A stretch of 64,000 bases of DNA from Gammaproteobacteria bacterium (GCA_045561295.1 JBJKYD010000010.1:32001-96000); one strand, 5' to 3'. Positions 31,954 to 42,344 are shown, counted from the stretch's first letter. Made by a program: numbers and translations. The notes: generated from the sequence alone by a model not told the origin.

Positions 31954-33668
31954 GCATAATTATTAAAGGGTTAAGTGTATCCACAGGCATATGCATAGGA
32001 AAAGCAACTTTAATTAGTAAAGATGATATTAACTATGCGCCGTCTTTTATCAAAAAATCTCAAGTAAAAACTGAAACTAAAAGATTTCTAAAATCGCTAG
32101 CTAGTATCAAGGAAGAGTATAAGAAATCTAGAGAAAAAATTAAAGATAATTTACCGATGGCTAAACTTATAGAAACACAATTGTTCTTTATCGAAGATCA
32201 AGATTTCCAAATGCATATTATTGAAATGATTGAAAATAATTTGTATACAGCAAATTGGGCAATTGCAATTGAATATAAGAGTATTAAAAAATCTTTCGAT
32301 GATATTAAAGATAAATATATAAAAGAAAGATTAATAGATATAAAGCAAATGGTAATGAGCTTACTAGATCTTCTACAGTCGAATAAAAAAGAGAATATAT
32401 ATAGTAAGATTAGCTTAGAAAGTAAGGTTGTTATTACTGATGAAATAACACCAAAAGATGTTATTGATATCTACCAAAAGCAAGGTTCGGGCGTAATAAC
32501 ATCCCATGGTAGTAAATCGTCTCATAGTGCAATATTAAGTAAGAGTCTTTCTTTGCCTATGATAGTTAAAGCAGAATCCTCAAAAGAAGTTATTCGGGAT
32601 AATGATGACATTATTATGGATTTGGATAATGAAATTATTATTGTTAATCCCGACCAATTTGAACTTGAATACTTTAAAGGTATTCAATCACACAGATATT
32701 CATTGCAAAAAAGTTTAAGGAGAGTTTTAAAGAAAAAGTCACTTACTGATGATGGAATAAAAATAAATATTATGTCTAATTTAGAATTATCAGACGAAGT
32801 AAAGTTTTTAAATAATAATTGTGATGGAATAGGATTATATCGAACTGAATATTTATATATGAATAGAAATGATCTTCCTTCAGAAAAAGAACAAATGTCT
32901 GTTTATGCGAAAGTTTTCAAAGCTATGAAAAATAAGCCAGTCACACTGAGAACACTAGACATTGGTTCAGACAAAGAAGTATCTGAAAATATAAAAGTTG
33001 GAGACATTGCCAAAAACCCTGCTCTTGGACTCAGAGGAATAAGATATAGTCTTGCCGAAAAAAATATATTTCAGACCCAAATCAAAGCTATGTTGAGAGC
33101 TGGATATAATAATTCATTAAGGATATTGATACCAATGATTACATCCCTTAATGAAATCATCAAAACAAAAGAATTAATAAATAATGCAAAATTAGAATTG
33201 AAAAAAGAAAGAAAGAAATTTACAAATAAATATGACCTCGGAATTATGATTGAAGTTCCTGCATGTGCATTACAAGCTGATGAACTGGCTAAACATGTAG
33301 ATTTCATGTCTATTGGTACAAATGATTTGATTCAATATACTCTTGCAATAGATCGAATTGATGATGAAGTATCGAGTCTATATGATCCTACTAATCCAGC
33401 AGTGTTGTCTTTAATAAAAAAAGTTATCGAATCATGTAACAAATCTAGTATTGATGTAACTGTTTGTGGTGAAATGGCAGGAGAAAAATCATATACAAAG
33501 CTACTACTAGGTCTTGGATTAGAATCATTTAGTATGCATCCTCAAGCAATACCTGAGGTAAAAGATATTATCCTGAATAGTAATATTAATAAAATTAAGA
33601 GAAAAGTTAATGCGATTTTAAAATCTAATGATAGATTCCTAAGAGAAAAGTTAATAAGCAATCTCTAG
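31950..33668 (+). CDS. ptsI: PEP-protein phosphotransferase, enzyme I (no GAF domain)
   Basis: SHSAILSK (phospho-His), GIGLYRTE, NPALGLRGIR, SIGTNDLIQY, VCGEMAG. Confidence 0.95.
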   Translation: MSIIIKGLSVSTGICIGKATLISKDDINYAPSFIKKSQVKTETKRFLKSLASIKEEYKKSREKIKDNLPMAKLIETQLFFIEDQDFQMHIIEMIENNLYTANWAIAIEYKSIKKSFDDIKDKYIKERLIDIKQMVMSLLDLLQSNKKENIYSKISLESKVVITDEITPKDVIDIYQKQGSGVITSHGSKSSHSAILSKSLSLPMIVKAESSKEVIRDNDDIIMDLDNEIIIVNPDQFELEYFKGIQSHRYSLQKSLRRVLKKKSLTDDGIKINIMSNLELSDEVKFLNNNCDGIGLYRTEYLYMNRNDLPSEKEQMSVYAKVFKAMKNKPVTLRTLDIGSDKEVSENIKVGDIAKNPALGLRGIRYSLAEKNIFQTQIKAMLRAGYNNSLRILIPMITSLNEIIKTKELINNAKLELKKERKKFTNKYDLGIMIEVPACALQADELAKHVDFMSIGTNDLIQYTLAIDRIDDEVSSLYDPTNPAVLSLIKKVIESCNKSSIDVTVCGEMAGEKSYTKLLLGLGLESFSMHPQAIPEVKDIILNSNINKIKRKVNAILKSNDRFLREKLISNL

Positions 33669-34579
33669 TCTTGGTAAGATAACAAAAATTCTATCAAAGC
33701 CATGCTACTATAAAGTCTATTATGAGCTTGTTGCCAAACAACACTAAAATCTGAATCAAGAATGATATCGTCAATCTCCTCCCCTCTATGTGCAGGTAAA
33801 CAATGTAAAAATATTGCATCTTTTTTAGCTTTCGACATTAAATTCATATTTACTTGGTAACTTTTGAATATTTTTTTTCTTTCTTCATTTTCTTGTTCAT
33901 CACCCATACTTGTCCATACATCGGTAGTTACTATGTCAGCATTATTAGCAGCAGTTCCAGGGATATCACATAATTCGACATTATCACCAAATTTTTCAAG
34001 AGTATACGTATCAGGTTCATAACCATTTGGTGTTGATATATTGAGTTTGAAGCTTAATAACTTTGATGCATTAATATAAGAGTTACACATGTTGTTGCCA
34101 TCTCCAATCCATGCAATTGTCATTTTGGAAAAATCATTTCCTTTTGTCTCTGCTACTGTTTGCATATCAGCTAATAACTGACAGGGATGAAAAAGGTTAC
34201 ATAAACCATTAATTACAGGAACTGAGGAAAATTTTGCAAGTTTCTTAATTTCATCATGAGTATTCGTTCTCATCATAATTAAATCGACCATACCTGAAAG
34301 CACTTGGGCAGTGTCAGAGATATCCTCACCTCTTTTTAACTGTGAAGAATCTTCGGATAAAAATATTGCATGTCCACCCAATTTATACATTGCAGTTTCA
34401 AATGATACTCTCGTCCTAGTAGAATTTTTCTTGAATATCATTGCTAATGTTCTATTCAAGAATGGTCTAGGTATTTTATTTAGTTTATCCAGTTCTTTAA
34501 AATCAATTGCTCTTTGAATAATCTTCAAGAGTTCTTGAGTATTTATATCTATTAAAGATTTGAAATCTCTTTTATTCAT
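33665..34579 (-). CDS. argF: Ornithine carbamoyltransferase
   Basis: STRTRVSFE, HPCQLLAD, GDGNN, WTSMG, HCLPAHRGEE. Confidence 0.96.
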   Translation of the reverse strand: MNKRDFKSLIDINTQELLKIIQRAIDFKELDKLNKIPRPFLNRTLAMIFKKNSTRTRVSFETAMYKLGGHAIFLSEDSSQLKRGEDISDTAQVLSGMVDLIMMRTNTHDEIKKLAKFSSVPVINGLCNLFHPCQLLADMQTVAETKGNDFSKMTIAWIGDGNNMCNSYINASKLLSFKLNISTPNGYEPDTYTLEKFGDNVELCDIPGTAANNADIVTTDVWTSMGDEQENEERKKIFKSYQVNMNLMSKAKKDAIFLHCLPAHRGEEIDDIILDSDFSVVWQQAHNRLYSSMALIEFLLSYQD

Positions 34580-35753
34580 AATTTTCTTTGATTAGCTGTT
34601 CAATAATATCAACAATATTCAAAATATGTTTGTCTTCACATATTAGAGGCGGTAGTAATCTAATTATTCTATCTTTGGTTACATTCAATACTAAACCTTT
34701 TTCTAGTGCTTTCACAACTAGTTCCGTGCAGTTGCAATCTAGTTCTATACCAATCATCATTCCATGAATCCTAATATCTGATACAACTTTAAGATCTTTT
34801 ATTTTTGAATGCATAGCATTTTTCATCGTTGAACTTATAGCTCTTACATGATTGCATATGTGTTCATCTCTCATGATATCTAGAATACATAAACCGACAG
34901 ATGTAGATAAATAATTTCCACCAAATGTTGAGCCATGCATACCTGCGCTTAATACTTTGGCTGCATCTCCTTTAGCAAGACAAGCTCCTATCGGAACACC
35001 GTTTCCAAGTGCTTTTGCTACCATGACAACATCAGGTGATACATTAAAATGTTGATAACTAAACCATTTCCCTGTTCTACAAAAACCAGATTGAACTTCG
35101 TCAGCCATAAGGAGTATTTTGTTAGCTGTGCACATATCACTGAGTTCTCTCATGTAATCGTCACTACAAGAAATAATACCCCCTTCACCTTGAACAGGCT
35201 CCAATAGAATTGCAGCAATATCTTTATGTGCTTTTAGGACCTCTTTGATCTCATTAATATCATTAAATTTTACTCTTACGAGCCCTTCTAAAATAGGTCC
35301 AAATGCTAGATGAGAAGCTTCGTTAGATGTTACGCTCATTGCTCCCATTGTCCTACCATGGAAACTATTTGACATTACAACTATCTTTGGATTTTCATAA
35401 CCTCTATCATGGCCATATTTTCTTGCTATTTTTATTGCTGCTTCAACTGCCTCAGCACCTGAGTTACAAAAAAAGGAATTTTCCATTCCTGTAAGTTGGC
35501 ATAGTCTTTTTGCTAACTTCTCTTGGCTATCAATTTGAAATGCATTTGATGTGTGTATTAATTCTTGAGATTGTTTTTTTATAGCTTCAGTAATTTTTGG
35601 ATTAGAGTGCCCCAGACTTGTAACCGCTAATCCACACAAAGCATCTAGATATTTTTTCCCTTTATTATCGTAAAGATAAACTCCCTCTCCTTTTAAAAAG
35701 GAAACAGGTTTTCTGTTATAGGTTGGCATTATATTACTTTTCATATTCATCAT
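34572..35753 (-). CDS. argD: Acetylornithine aminotransferase
   Basis: NSGAEAVEAAIK, FHGRT, EPVQGEGG, DEVQSG, AKALGNG, HGSTFGGN; upstream of argF. Confidence 0.93.
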   Translation of the reverse strand: MMNMKSNIMPTYNRKPVSFLKGEGVYLYDNKGKKYLDALCGLAVTSLGHSNPKITEAIKKQSQELIHTSNAFQIDSQEKLAKRLCQLTGMENSFFCNSGAEAVEAAIKIARKYGHDRGYENPKIVVMSNSFHGRTMGAMSVTSNEASHLAFGPILEGLVRVKFNDINEIKEVLKAHKDIAAILLEPVQGEGGIISCSDDYMRELSDMCTANKILLMADEVQSGFCRTGKWFSYQHFNVSPDVVMVAKALGNGVPIGACLAKGDAAKVLSAGMHGSTFGGNYLSTSVGLCILDIMRDEHICNHVRAISSTMKNAMHSKIKDLKVVSDIRIHGMMIGIELDCNCTELVVKALEKGLVLNVTKDRIIRLLPPLICEDKHILNIVDIIEQLIKENYE

Positions 35754-35896
35754 TTTCGCATGAAAAAGGTATTCTATATTAAATTATCAAGAATACTAGA
35801 TATAGCTGATAATTCACTTAAGGTGCATATTAATGTGTATTTTTGGTGCAATTTCCCTTATTATAGTCATGTTAACGTTAAACATTAGGGGAAAAC

Positions 35897-36964
35897 ATGA
35901 AAAAACTATTAAGTTTAGTACTACTTATGGGCCTTTCATCTTTATCTTATGCTGGCGGTCAAGCAATGAGTGGTAGTGAACATAACCATGCTTCTTCAGC
36001 TAAGGCATCTTCCGGAGTTCATTTCTATGGAAGATTGTACATAGGATATGATAAAACATCTGGATCAGTTCAAAGATTAGATGATGGTGGTAATAAAAGT
36101 AGATTGGGTCTTAAAATTAAATCTGGAAATATCATCGGAAACTTAGAATATAAATTCGATATTGGTGATGGTACAAGTGGCGCAGGTAATAACTGTGGTA
36201 CTAATAATGCAAATGGTTGTCAAACATTTGATATGCATGTAGGTAATCTTGGCTTTATGACACCTTTAGGTTATATAGGTGCTGGTACATTTGAAGCGCC
36301 ATATAAAACAATGGGGCAATTTGATACCAATATGGATACTGCTATCGCATTAAACTCTCATGGTGGATTTAGTCAAGGACAAGGTGGTATAGCTGGCAAC
36401 TTCGAAGGTGCTATGGCTTATCATGCAATGATGGGTCCGATAGAACTTGGGTTTATGTATGCAGCGACAGACAATACAGCTAATGACAATACAAATACAG
36501 ACAGAGGAGACTATTCTCTTGGTATTACATTTAAAGACATGGTCATGAGCGGTTTGACATTTGGATATGCAACGTATAATGATAATGAAGTTTCTGGGGG
36601 CGATAGTGAGAGTAATGACAAATTCTTTGCTTCTTACAAAGTAATGCCAAATATGGGCGTATTTGCATCTCTTGAAGATCTTGAAGTGGCAAATACTTTC
36701 ATAGCATCTAGTAATCTAGACGGTGAAATAAAAACCTTTGGTATTCACTACTCTATGGGCACAGCTGATTTACAACTAGTCACTGCAGAAGGTGAGGTAA
36801 GTTCAAGTGGAGCAGCTAATCAAGACTATAACACACGTAGTATCTCTGCGAAAATTAATCTAAGTAAACATTCAGATATTACAATTGGTTATACTAAGCA
36901 AGACTTTGATCAAGATGGAGCTGATGTCAGTACCTCTGGATTTGGACTAACACATAAATTTTAG
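35897..36964 (+). CDS. Gram-negative porin (Porin_4-like), porin 1
   Basis: Signal peptide, V.FYGRL first strand, SRLGLK, terminal FGLTHKF with C-terminal Phe; SD GGGG. Confidence 0.88.
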   Translation: MKKLLSLVLLMGLSSLSYAGGQAMSGSEHNHASSAKASSGVHFYGRLYIGYDKTSGSVQRLDDGGNKSRLGLKIKSGNIIGNLEYKFDIGDGTSGAGNNCGTNNANGCQTFDMHVGNLGFMTPLGYIGAGTFEAPYKTMGQFDTNMDTAIALNSHGGFSQGQGGIAGNFEGAMAYHAMMGPIELGFMYAATDNTANDNTNTDRGDYSLGITFKDMVMSGLTFGYATYNDNEVSGGDSESNDKFFASYKVMPNMGVFASLEDLEVANTFIASSNLDGEIKTFGIHYSMGTADLQLVTAEGEVSSSGAANQDYNTRSISAKINLSKHSDITIGYTKQDFDQDGADVSTSGFGLTHKF

Positions 36965-36988
36965 TTTAGTTCAGTATCATGAGAAATT

Positions 36989-37021
36989 AACCTAACCTGT
37001 TTAACAGGTTAGGTTTTTTTT
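36989..37021 (+). terminator. Rho-independent terminator after porin 1
   Basis: AACCTAACCTGTT/AACAGGTTAGGTT inverted repeat followed by a T-run. Confidence 0.88.
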
Positions 37022-37023
37022 GA

Positions 37024-37641
37024 TTAAGCAATAAATGTTATTAAAGATGCTAATGATACTAGACCTGGATGATGTGCTCCTCCCATGAACAAGAGCATTG
37101 GTATGCTTAGTGCAGTATTAGTCCTCGAAGCAAGTAAAGCTGTTTTCTTTGCTTTTGCAATTTCATCTGCTGTTGCATCCACTAAACCAAGTACTTTTTG
37201 TTGATTTGGCCAAATAAGTACCCACACATTAAATAACATGATTGTTCCAAGCCATGCGCCAGCACCGATTACTGAGCTGTAGCCGCCTGCAAATGTGAAT
37301 GCATCTACGAATTGACCATGGTGCCCTAGGTAAGCTGCTCCTGTCACCCATGTAACTACCGCGCCCCATCTGAACCATAACAAAGCTAAAGGTGCTACGT
37401 ATTTTCCTATTGCTGCAGGTCCGGGCTCCTTATCTGCAGTTGCCTTAGCCATTGCTGGAACTTGTACAAAATTAAAATAGTACAAAAGACCTATCCATGT
37501 TACCCCTGATAGATAATGTAACCATCTAATATAGCCCTCTGCTTCGATAGGAATAGCACCGTCGGTCAATATCATTATAAATACTACCGCTAGTAGAAAA
37601 CCTGAAATTATAGTACCTTTTATTGATAATAAAGGATTCAT
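37024..37641 (-). CDS. Membrane protein of the Urate_ox_N/PuuD-like family, lacking the cytochrome c domain
   Basis: RWLHYLSGVTWIGLLYYFNF, WFRWGA, LGTIMLFNVWVLIWPNQQKVLG, SRTNT; no CxxCH. Confidence 0.75.
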   Translation of the reverse strand: MNPLLSIKGTIISGFLLAVVFIMILTDGAIPIEAEGYIRWLHYLSGVTWIGLLYYFNFVQVPAMAKATADKEPGPAAIGKYVAPLALLWFRWGAVVTWVTGAAYLGHHGQFVDAFTFAGGYSSVIGAGAWLGTIMLFNVWVLIWPNQQKVLGLVDATADEIAKAKKTALLASRTNTALSIPMLLFMGGAHHPGLVSLASLITFIA

Positions 37642-37724
37642 ATATATGCCTCATTTGTTGATTGAAATTATGTCTAATAATAAATGAAGTAGTATATTTA
37701 ATCTACAGGAGATGCAACTCAATT

Positions 37725-39491
37725 ATGTGTGGAATTTGTGGTGAATTCAAATTTAATGGAAAATCCTTTAATGATGTAAAGTTGACTAATCTAATGAGCT
37801 CAATCTCAAATAGAGGAAGAGACTCAAAAGGAACATTCAAAAACACAGATATATTTCTTGGTCATCATAGATTATCGATTATTGATACTTCAGATAAGTC
37901 TAATCAGCCTATGGTCATAGAAAATTATGTGATCGTGTTCAATGGCATTATCTATAACTACAAGGAAATCAGGCAGAAACTAATTGCTGAGGGGCATGTC
38001 TTTAAATCAACAGGTGATACTGAAGTTGTAATTAGATCATATATTGAGTATGGGGATAAATGTGTAGAGCATTTTGATGGTGTTTTTTCCTTTTGCATAT
38101 ACAACTTAACTAAGAAGAATGTTTTTTTAGCAAGGGATCGAATAGGCATAAAGCCTCTCTATTATTCTATAGATAATAGTCAGCTAGTATTCTCGTCATC
38201 TATGAAAGGCATTTTAAGTAGTAAAGGTAAGATTGAAATAAATCCAATCGCCCTGAACTATCAGTTTACGATTCACTCTATGGTACCTGCTCCGCACACG
38301 ATCATTGATGGCATAAAAAAATTGGAACCAGGACATACTCTAAATGTAACTAAATCAGGTGAGACTCGCCTTCATAAATATTTTGATGTCAATAATGTCG
38401 AATTAAAAAAATATAGTGATGATGAAATTATAAATAATATTGATGCTCTTCTGAATAATGCTGTAGAAAAAAGATTAAATATTGCAGATGTTCCAGTTGG
38501 AATATTGTTATCTGGAGGACTAGATTCAAGTCTAATTACTGCAATTTCAAAAAAATATAAGGAAGAATTAAATACTTACTCAATTGGGTTTAATACGATA
38601 AATAATGAGATTGGTAATGAATTTTATTATTCAGATTTAGTAGCGGATGATTTTAAAACATCACATTATAAATATAATATATCTAATGATGATTTATATC
38701 ATAATCTAGACACAGTTATATCTAATATGAGTGAGCCTATGGTCAGCCAGGATTCATCAGCTTTTTTCTTGTTAGCAAAAAATGTTTCATTGTCAAACAA
38801 GGTTGTATTAAGCGGTCAAGGAGCAGATGAGGTATTCGGAGGTTATTTTTGGTACGAACAAATAATGAAAGATCAAGGTAGAAATGATACAGAGATATTA
38901 TCTAAGTATTATTTCGATAGGACATTTGATAATTATTGTAATGCAATAAATAAAAAATATATAAGTACTAATAATGTATTTAATGAGATCAATAATAAAT
39001 TTAAAGAAATGGACCAAGACTTACCTGTGCTTGATAAAGTATTAAGATTAGAGCTGTCTACACTTATAATAGATGATCCTGTTAAAAGGGTTGATAATAT
39101 GACTATGTCTCATGCATTAGAGGCAAGGGTGCCTTTCCTAGATATAGATTTAATTGAATTTATGTTATCAGTAAAAAGCGAAAACAAAATAAATAAAACA
39201 AATAAATACTATTTAAAAAAGCTATCAGAGAAGTACCTTAAAAATGAAGTAATTTATCGAGATAAGTTTTATTTTCCAGTACCTCCACTAAAGATAATTA
39301 AAAACAGATTTTATGATTATTGTAAGAATATTCTGTGTAGTGATGTTGCCATAGAAAGAAATATCTATAATAGAAAATATATTGATAAATTAATCGCTAG
39401 TCCTAATGATAATTTTACAAACTTAAATGGTAATGAGCTCTGGCACTTTACCCTACTAGAAAGGTGGTTACAACTTAACGTTGATGTATGA
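37725..39491 (+). CDS. Asparagine-synthase-family glutamine amidotransferase (N-acetylglutaminylglutamine amidotransferase-like)
   Basis: Ntn start MCGICG (start reassigned to 37725), LSGGLDSS, SEPMVSQD, SGQGADEVFGGY, DDPVKRVDNMTM. Confidence 0.85.
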   Translation: MCGICGEFKFNGKSFNDVKLTNLMSSISNRGRDSKGTFKNTDIFLGHHRLSIIDTSDKSNQPMVIENYVIVFNGIIYNYKEIRQKLIAEGHVFKSTGDTEVVIRSYIEYGDKCVEHFDGVFSFCIYNLTKKNVFLARDRIGIKPLYYSIDNSQLVFSSSMKGILSSKGKIEINPIALNYQFTIHSMVPAPHTIIDGIKKLEPGHTLNVTKSGETRLHKYFDVNNVELKKYSDDEIINNIDALLNNAVEKRLNIADVPVGILLSGGLDSSLITAISKKYKEELNTYSIGFNTINNEIGNEFYYSDLVADDFKTSHYKYNISNDDLYHNLDTVISNMSEPMVSQDSSAFFLLAKNVSLSNKVVLSGQGADEVFGGYFWYEQIMKDQGRNDTEILSKYYFDRTFDNYCNAINKKYISTNNVFNEINNKFKEMDQDLPVLDKVLRLELSTLIIDDPVKRVDNMTMSHALEARVPFLDIDLIEFMLSVKSENKINKTNKYYLKKLSEKYLKNEVIYRDKFYFPVPPLKIIKNRFYDYCKNILCSDVAIERNIYNRKYIDKLIASPNDNFTNLNGNELWHFTLLERWLQLNVDV

Positions 39492-39527
39492 TCATTCTAG
39501 TTATATAATTTAAAAAAAGGAGATAGT

Positions 39528-39842
39528 ATGTCAGCATTAGAAAGAATTAAAAAACAAGTAGAAGAAAGTCCAGTAATAATCTATATGAAAGGTACACCTC
39601 AAATGCCAATGTGTGGATTTTCATCAAGGACAGTTGAAGCCCTGAAAAGTTGTGGTAAAGAATTTTCGTATGTTAATGTAATTTTGGATTCAGAAATCAT
39701 GCAAGAACTTCCAAACTTTGCTGACTGGCCAACTTTCCCTCAGCTTTATATTAAAGGTGAACTGATAGGTGGTTGTGATATAACTTTAGATTTACATAAA
39801 TCAGGTGAACTACAAAAGATGATTGACGAGGCTGTGGCCTAG
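39528..39842 (+). CDS. grxD: Monothiol glutaredoxin
   Basis: MKGTP..PMCGFS, WPTFPQLY, GGCDI. Confidence 0.96.
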   Translation: MSALERIKKQVEESPVIIYMKGTPQMPMCGFSSRTVEALKSCGKEFSYVNVILDSEIMQELPNFADWPTFPQLYIKGELIGGCDITLDLHKSGELQKMIDEAVA

Positions 39843-40468
39843 TCAACTGGACTGTTTATTGCGTGTATAATACCCCAATAGTCAAAAAGATTTATCTTAG
39901 AGATTGATTGTACGTTTAATTTTGCGTAAGCATTAAATTCTGAGAATGGAAAATACGGCCTCCAACCTAAGTACTTACTTATTGGCATTAAACCTTTTTC
40001 TAGGACTTTTATTAATGCATTATCAGTATCAAAACTAAAATGGTTTACTAGGTAAATATCTCCCTTGGGTTTGCATACTCTTTTCATTTCTTTGATTAAT
40101 AAATCAGGATTTTGCGTAACTGATACGACATACATTCCTACAACTTTATCAAATGAATTATCTTCAAATTTAAGTTGCTCACCGTTCATCATAACTACAC
40201 TTTTATTTTTAAGGCGATTTGATTCAATGTGATTTCTAGCTTTATCTAACATATCAGGTGATATATCTATGCCTGTTACAGCTGTTTCATCTGGATAGTA
40301 GCTATACGATGTTCCTGTTCCAATTCCTATCTCAAGCACTTTATCTGTTGGTGTGCATTCCATCATGCTAACAAGTTTTTTCTGCCCAGGTTTGAAAACT
40401 TTACCGAATGTATAGTCATAAAAACTAGACACTCTTTTATATGATTTAATTATAGACTTGTCGTCCAA
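39839..40468 (-). CDS. pmtA: SAM methyltransferase, PmtA-type (phosphatidylethanolamine N-methyltransferase-like)
   Basis: YKRxxxFYDxxFGxVFxPG, VLEIGIGTG, MYVVSV, EMKRVCKPxGxIxxVNHF; TTG start with AAGGA SD. Confidence 0.72.
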   Translation of the reverse strand: MDDKSIIKSYKRVSSFYDYTFGKVFKPGQKKLVSMMECTPTDKVLEIGIGTGTSYSYYPDETAVTGIDISPDMLDKARNHIESNRLKNKSVVMMNGEQLKFEDNSFDKVVGMYVVSVTQNPDLLIKEMKRVCKPKGDIYLVNHFSFDTDNALIKVLEKGLMPISKYLGWRPYFPFSEFNAYAKLNVQSISKINLFDYWGIIHAINSPVD

Positions 40469-40512
40469 TATGCTATCCTTTAATAAATATTAAACGTCAA
40501 TTGTACCACTTT

Positions 40513-41028
40513 ATGAATGGATTATTCAAAACTTTCACAGATATAATGCTTTTTAAAAAAGGGCCTCAAGACCTACCTTCTAGTCAAAGCCTCCTAAATT
40601 TATTTATAATAGCGAATATTCTTATTAGCTTTATACCCAATGATGTTAACTACAATATGGGCATAGCAGTTATCACATCCCTTATTTATATAGGAGCTAG
40701 CCTCTTTTTTATCCAAACAATATTAAGCATTAAAGAAAACATGACTTCCAGCACTGGTTACAGGGTGCGCTATATTCAATCAGCTACATCTATACTGGGA
40801 ATTCATGCAATTATTGGTTTTATAACGAGCATAATTTTCTACTTAAGCAGTAATTCTGACTCTGTAATTTTTATTATACTTTTAGCAACGATCTATTCGT
40901 GGCTGATCTATGGTTATATATTTAAGAATGCCCTTGATTGCACGACATTCATGGGCCTATCAATATCATTTCTCTATAGCATGATAATAGGGTTCATGCT
41001 TATTATCGTTCTTTCCTTTTTTATATGA
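40513..41028 (+). CDS. Conserved membrane protein upstream of mpl
   Basis: About 5 TM segments; DIMLFKKGPQDLPSS; stop overlaps the mpl start. Confidence 0.75.
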   Translation: MNGLFKTFTDIMLFKKGPQDLPSSQSLLNLFIIANILISFIPNDVNYNMGIAVITSLIYIGASLFFIQTILSIKENMTSSTGYRVRYIQSATSILGIHAIIGFITSIIFYLSSNSDSVIFIILLATIYSWLIYGYIFKNALDCTTFMGLSISFLYSMIIGFMLIIVLSFFI

Positions 41029-42344
41029 AAATACATATTCTAGGTATCGCTGGAACATTCATGTCAGGTATAGCTATTTTGGCAAAACAAAAAGGTCATG
41101 ATGTTACAGGATCTGATCTTGCTAATTATGATCCAATAAAATCAGTTTTAGAAAAAAATAATATAAATGTGATTATTGGCCATAGAATCAAAGATGTAAA
41201 AAATAAGGATTTAATAATCATAGGTAATGTAATGTCGAGAGGCAATCCTGTTGTTGAATACATTTTAAAAAATCAAATTAGTTTTACATCTGGACCTAAA
41301 TGGCTTTATGAAAATATTTTAAAAGATAAAAAAGTCATCGCAGTGAGTGGCACACACGGTAAAACGACGACTACATCTATGATTGTACATATAATGAATA
41401 AAAATAAGTTAAATCCAAGTTATCTAATAGGCGGTGATCCTATAGGTGATACTCCTTCAGTTAAACTTACCAAATCAGAATACTTTGTGATTGAAGCTGA
41501 TGAATATGATACGGCATTTTTTGATAAGCAGTCTAAATTCATGCATTATAGTCCTCATATTTTATTAATTAATAATATTGAATTTGATCATGCTGATATT
41601 TTTCGAGATATTGGAGATATCATTAAAACATTTCATAATCTAATTAGGCTTATACCGCCTGACGGAAAAGTTATTATAAATAAAAATAATCCCAACATAA
41701 AAAATCTTATAAAAATTGGTTGTTGGTCTAAAATCATAACAATAGACGAGAAAAAGACGAATGGAGATTTAAATCTTATTAAAGGTAAAAATTATACTCT
41801 TTCAGTAAAGAATAATAGATACAAATTGCCTGATCATATGATTGGACAACATAATTACTTAAATGCTACAGCGGCGATAGCAGTAGGTTGTCAATTAAAA
41901 ATTAATATTAATAAACAAATTAATAGTTTAGAAACATTTCGAGGTGTTCAAAAAAGAATGGAATATATCGGACAAGTCAATGGAACAAAAATATACGATG
42001 ACTTTGCACATCATCCTACAGCGATAAAATCATCCATAGAAGGAATAATGAGTAAGCATAGAAATCAAAAATTATTGACGATATTTTTACCGAACTCTAA
42101 TTCGATGAATCTAGGCACTCATGATAGTAAGCTGTTGTCTTCGTTGAATAAATCTAGAGATGTGTTAATTGTGACTAAATCTAAGAGGTTAAAAAAGCTT
42201 CTAGAAAATAACATTAAAATAAGTGTTATTGAATCTCAGTCACAAATAGGCCACTATCTTCAAAACAATAATGAATACGATACTATATTAATACTATCTA
42301 ATAAAAGTACAAAAGATATAATCAGATCCATAAGAAATGAATAA
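41025..42344 (+). CDS. mpl: Murein peptide ligase
   Basis: [55 protein letters not shown]. Confidence 0.93.
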   Translation: MKIHILGIAGTFMSGIAILAKQKGHDVTGSDLANYDPIKSVLEKNNINVIIGHRIKDVKNKDLIIIGNVMSRGNPVVEYILKNQISFTSGPKWLYENILKDKKVIAVSGTHGKTTTTSMIVHIMNKNKLNPSYLIGGDPIGDTPSVKLTKSEYFVIEADEYDTAFFDKQSKFMHYSPHILLINNIEFDHADIFRDIGDIIKTFHNLIRLIPPDGKVIINKNNPNIKNLIKIGCWSKIITIDEKKTNGDLNLIKGKNYTLSVKNNRYKLPDHMIGQHNYLNATAAIAVGCQLKININKQINSLETFRGVQKRMEYIGQVNGTKIYDDFAHHPTAIKSSIEGIMSKHRNQKLLTIFLPNSNSMNLGTHDSKLLSSLNKSRDVLIVTKSKRLKKLLENNIKISVIESQSQIGHYLQNNNEYDTILILSNKSTKDIIRSIRNE

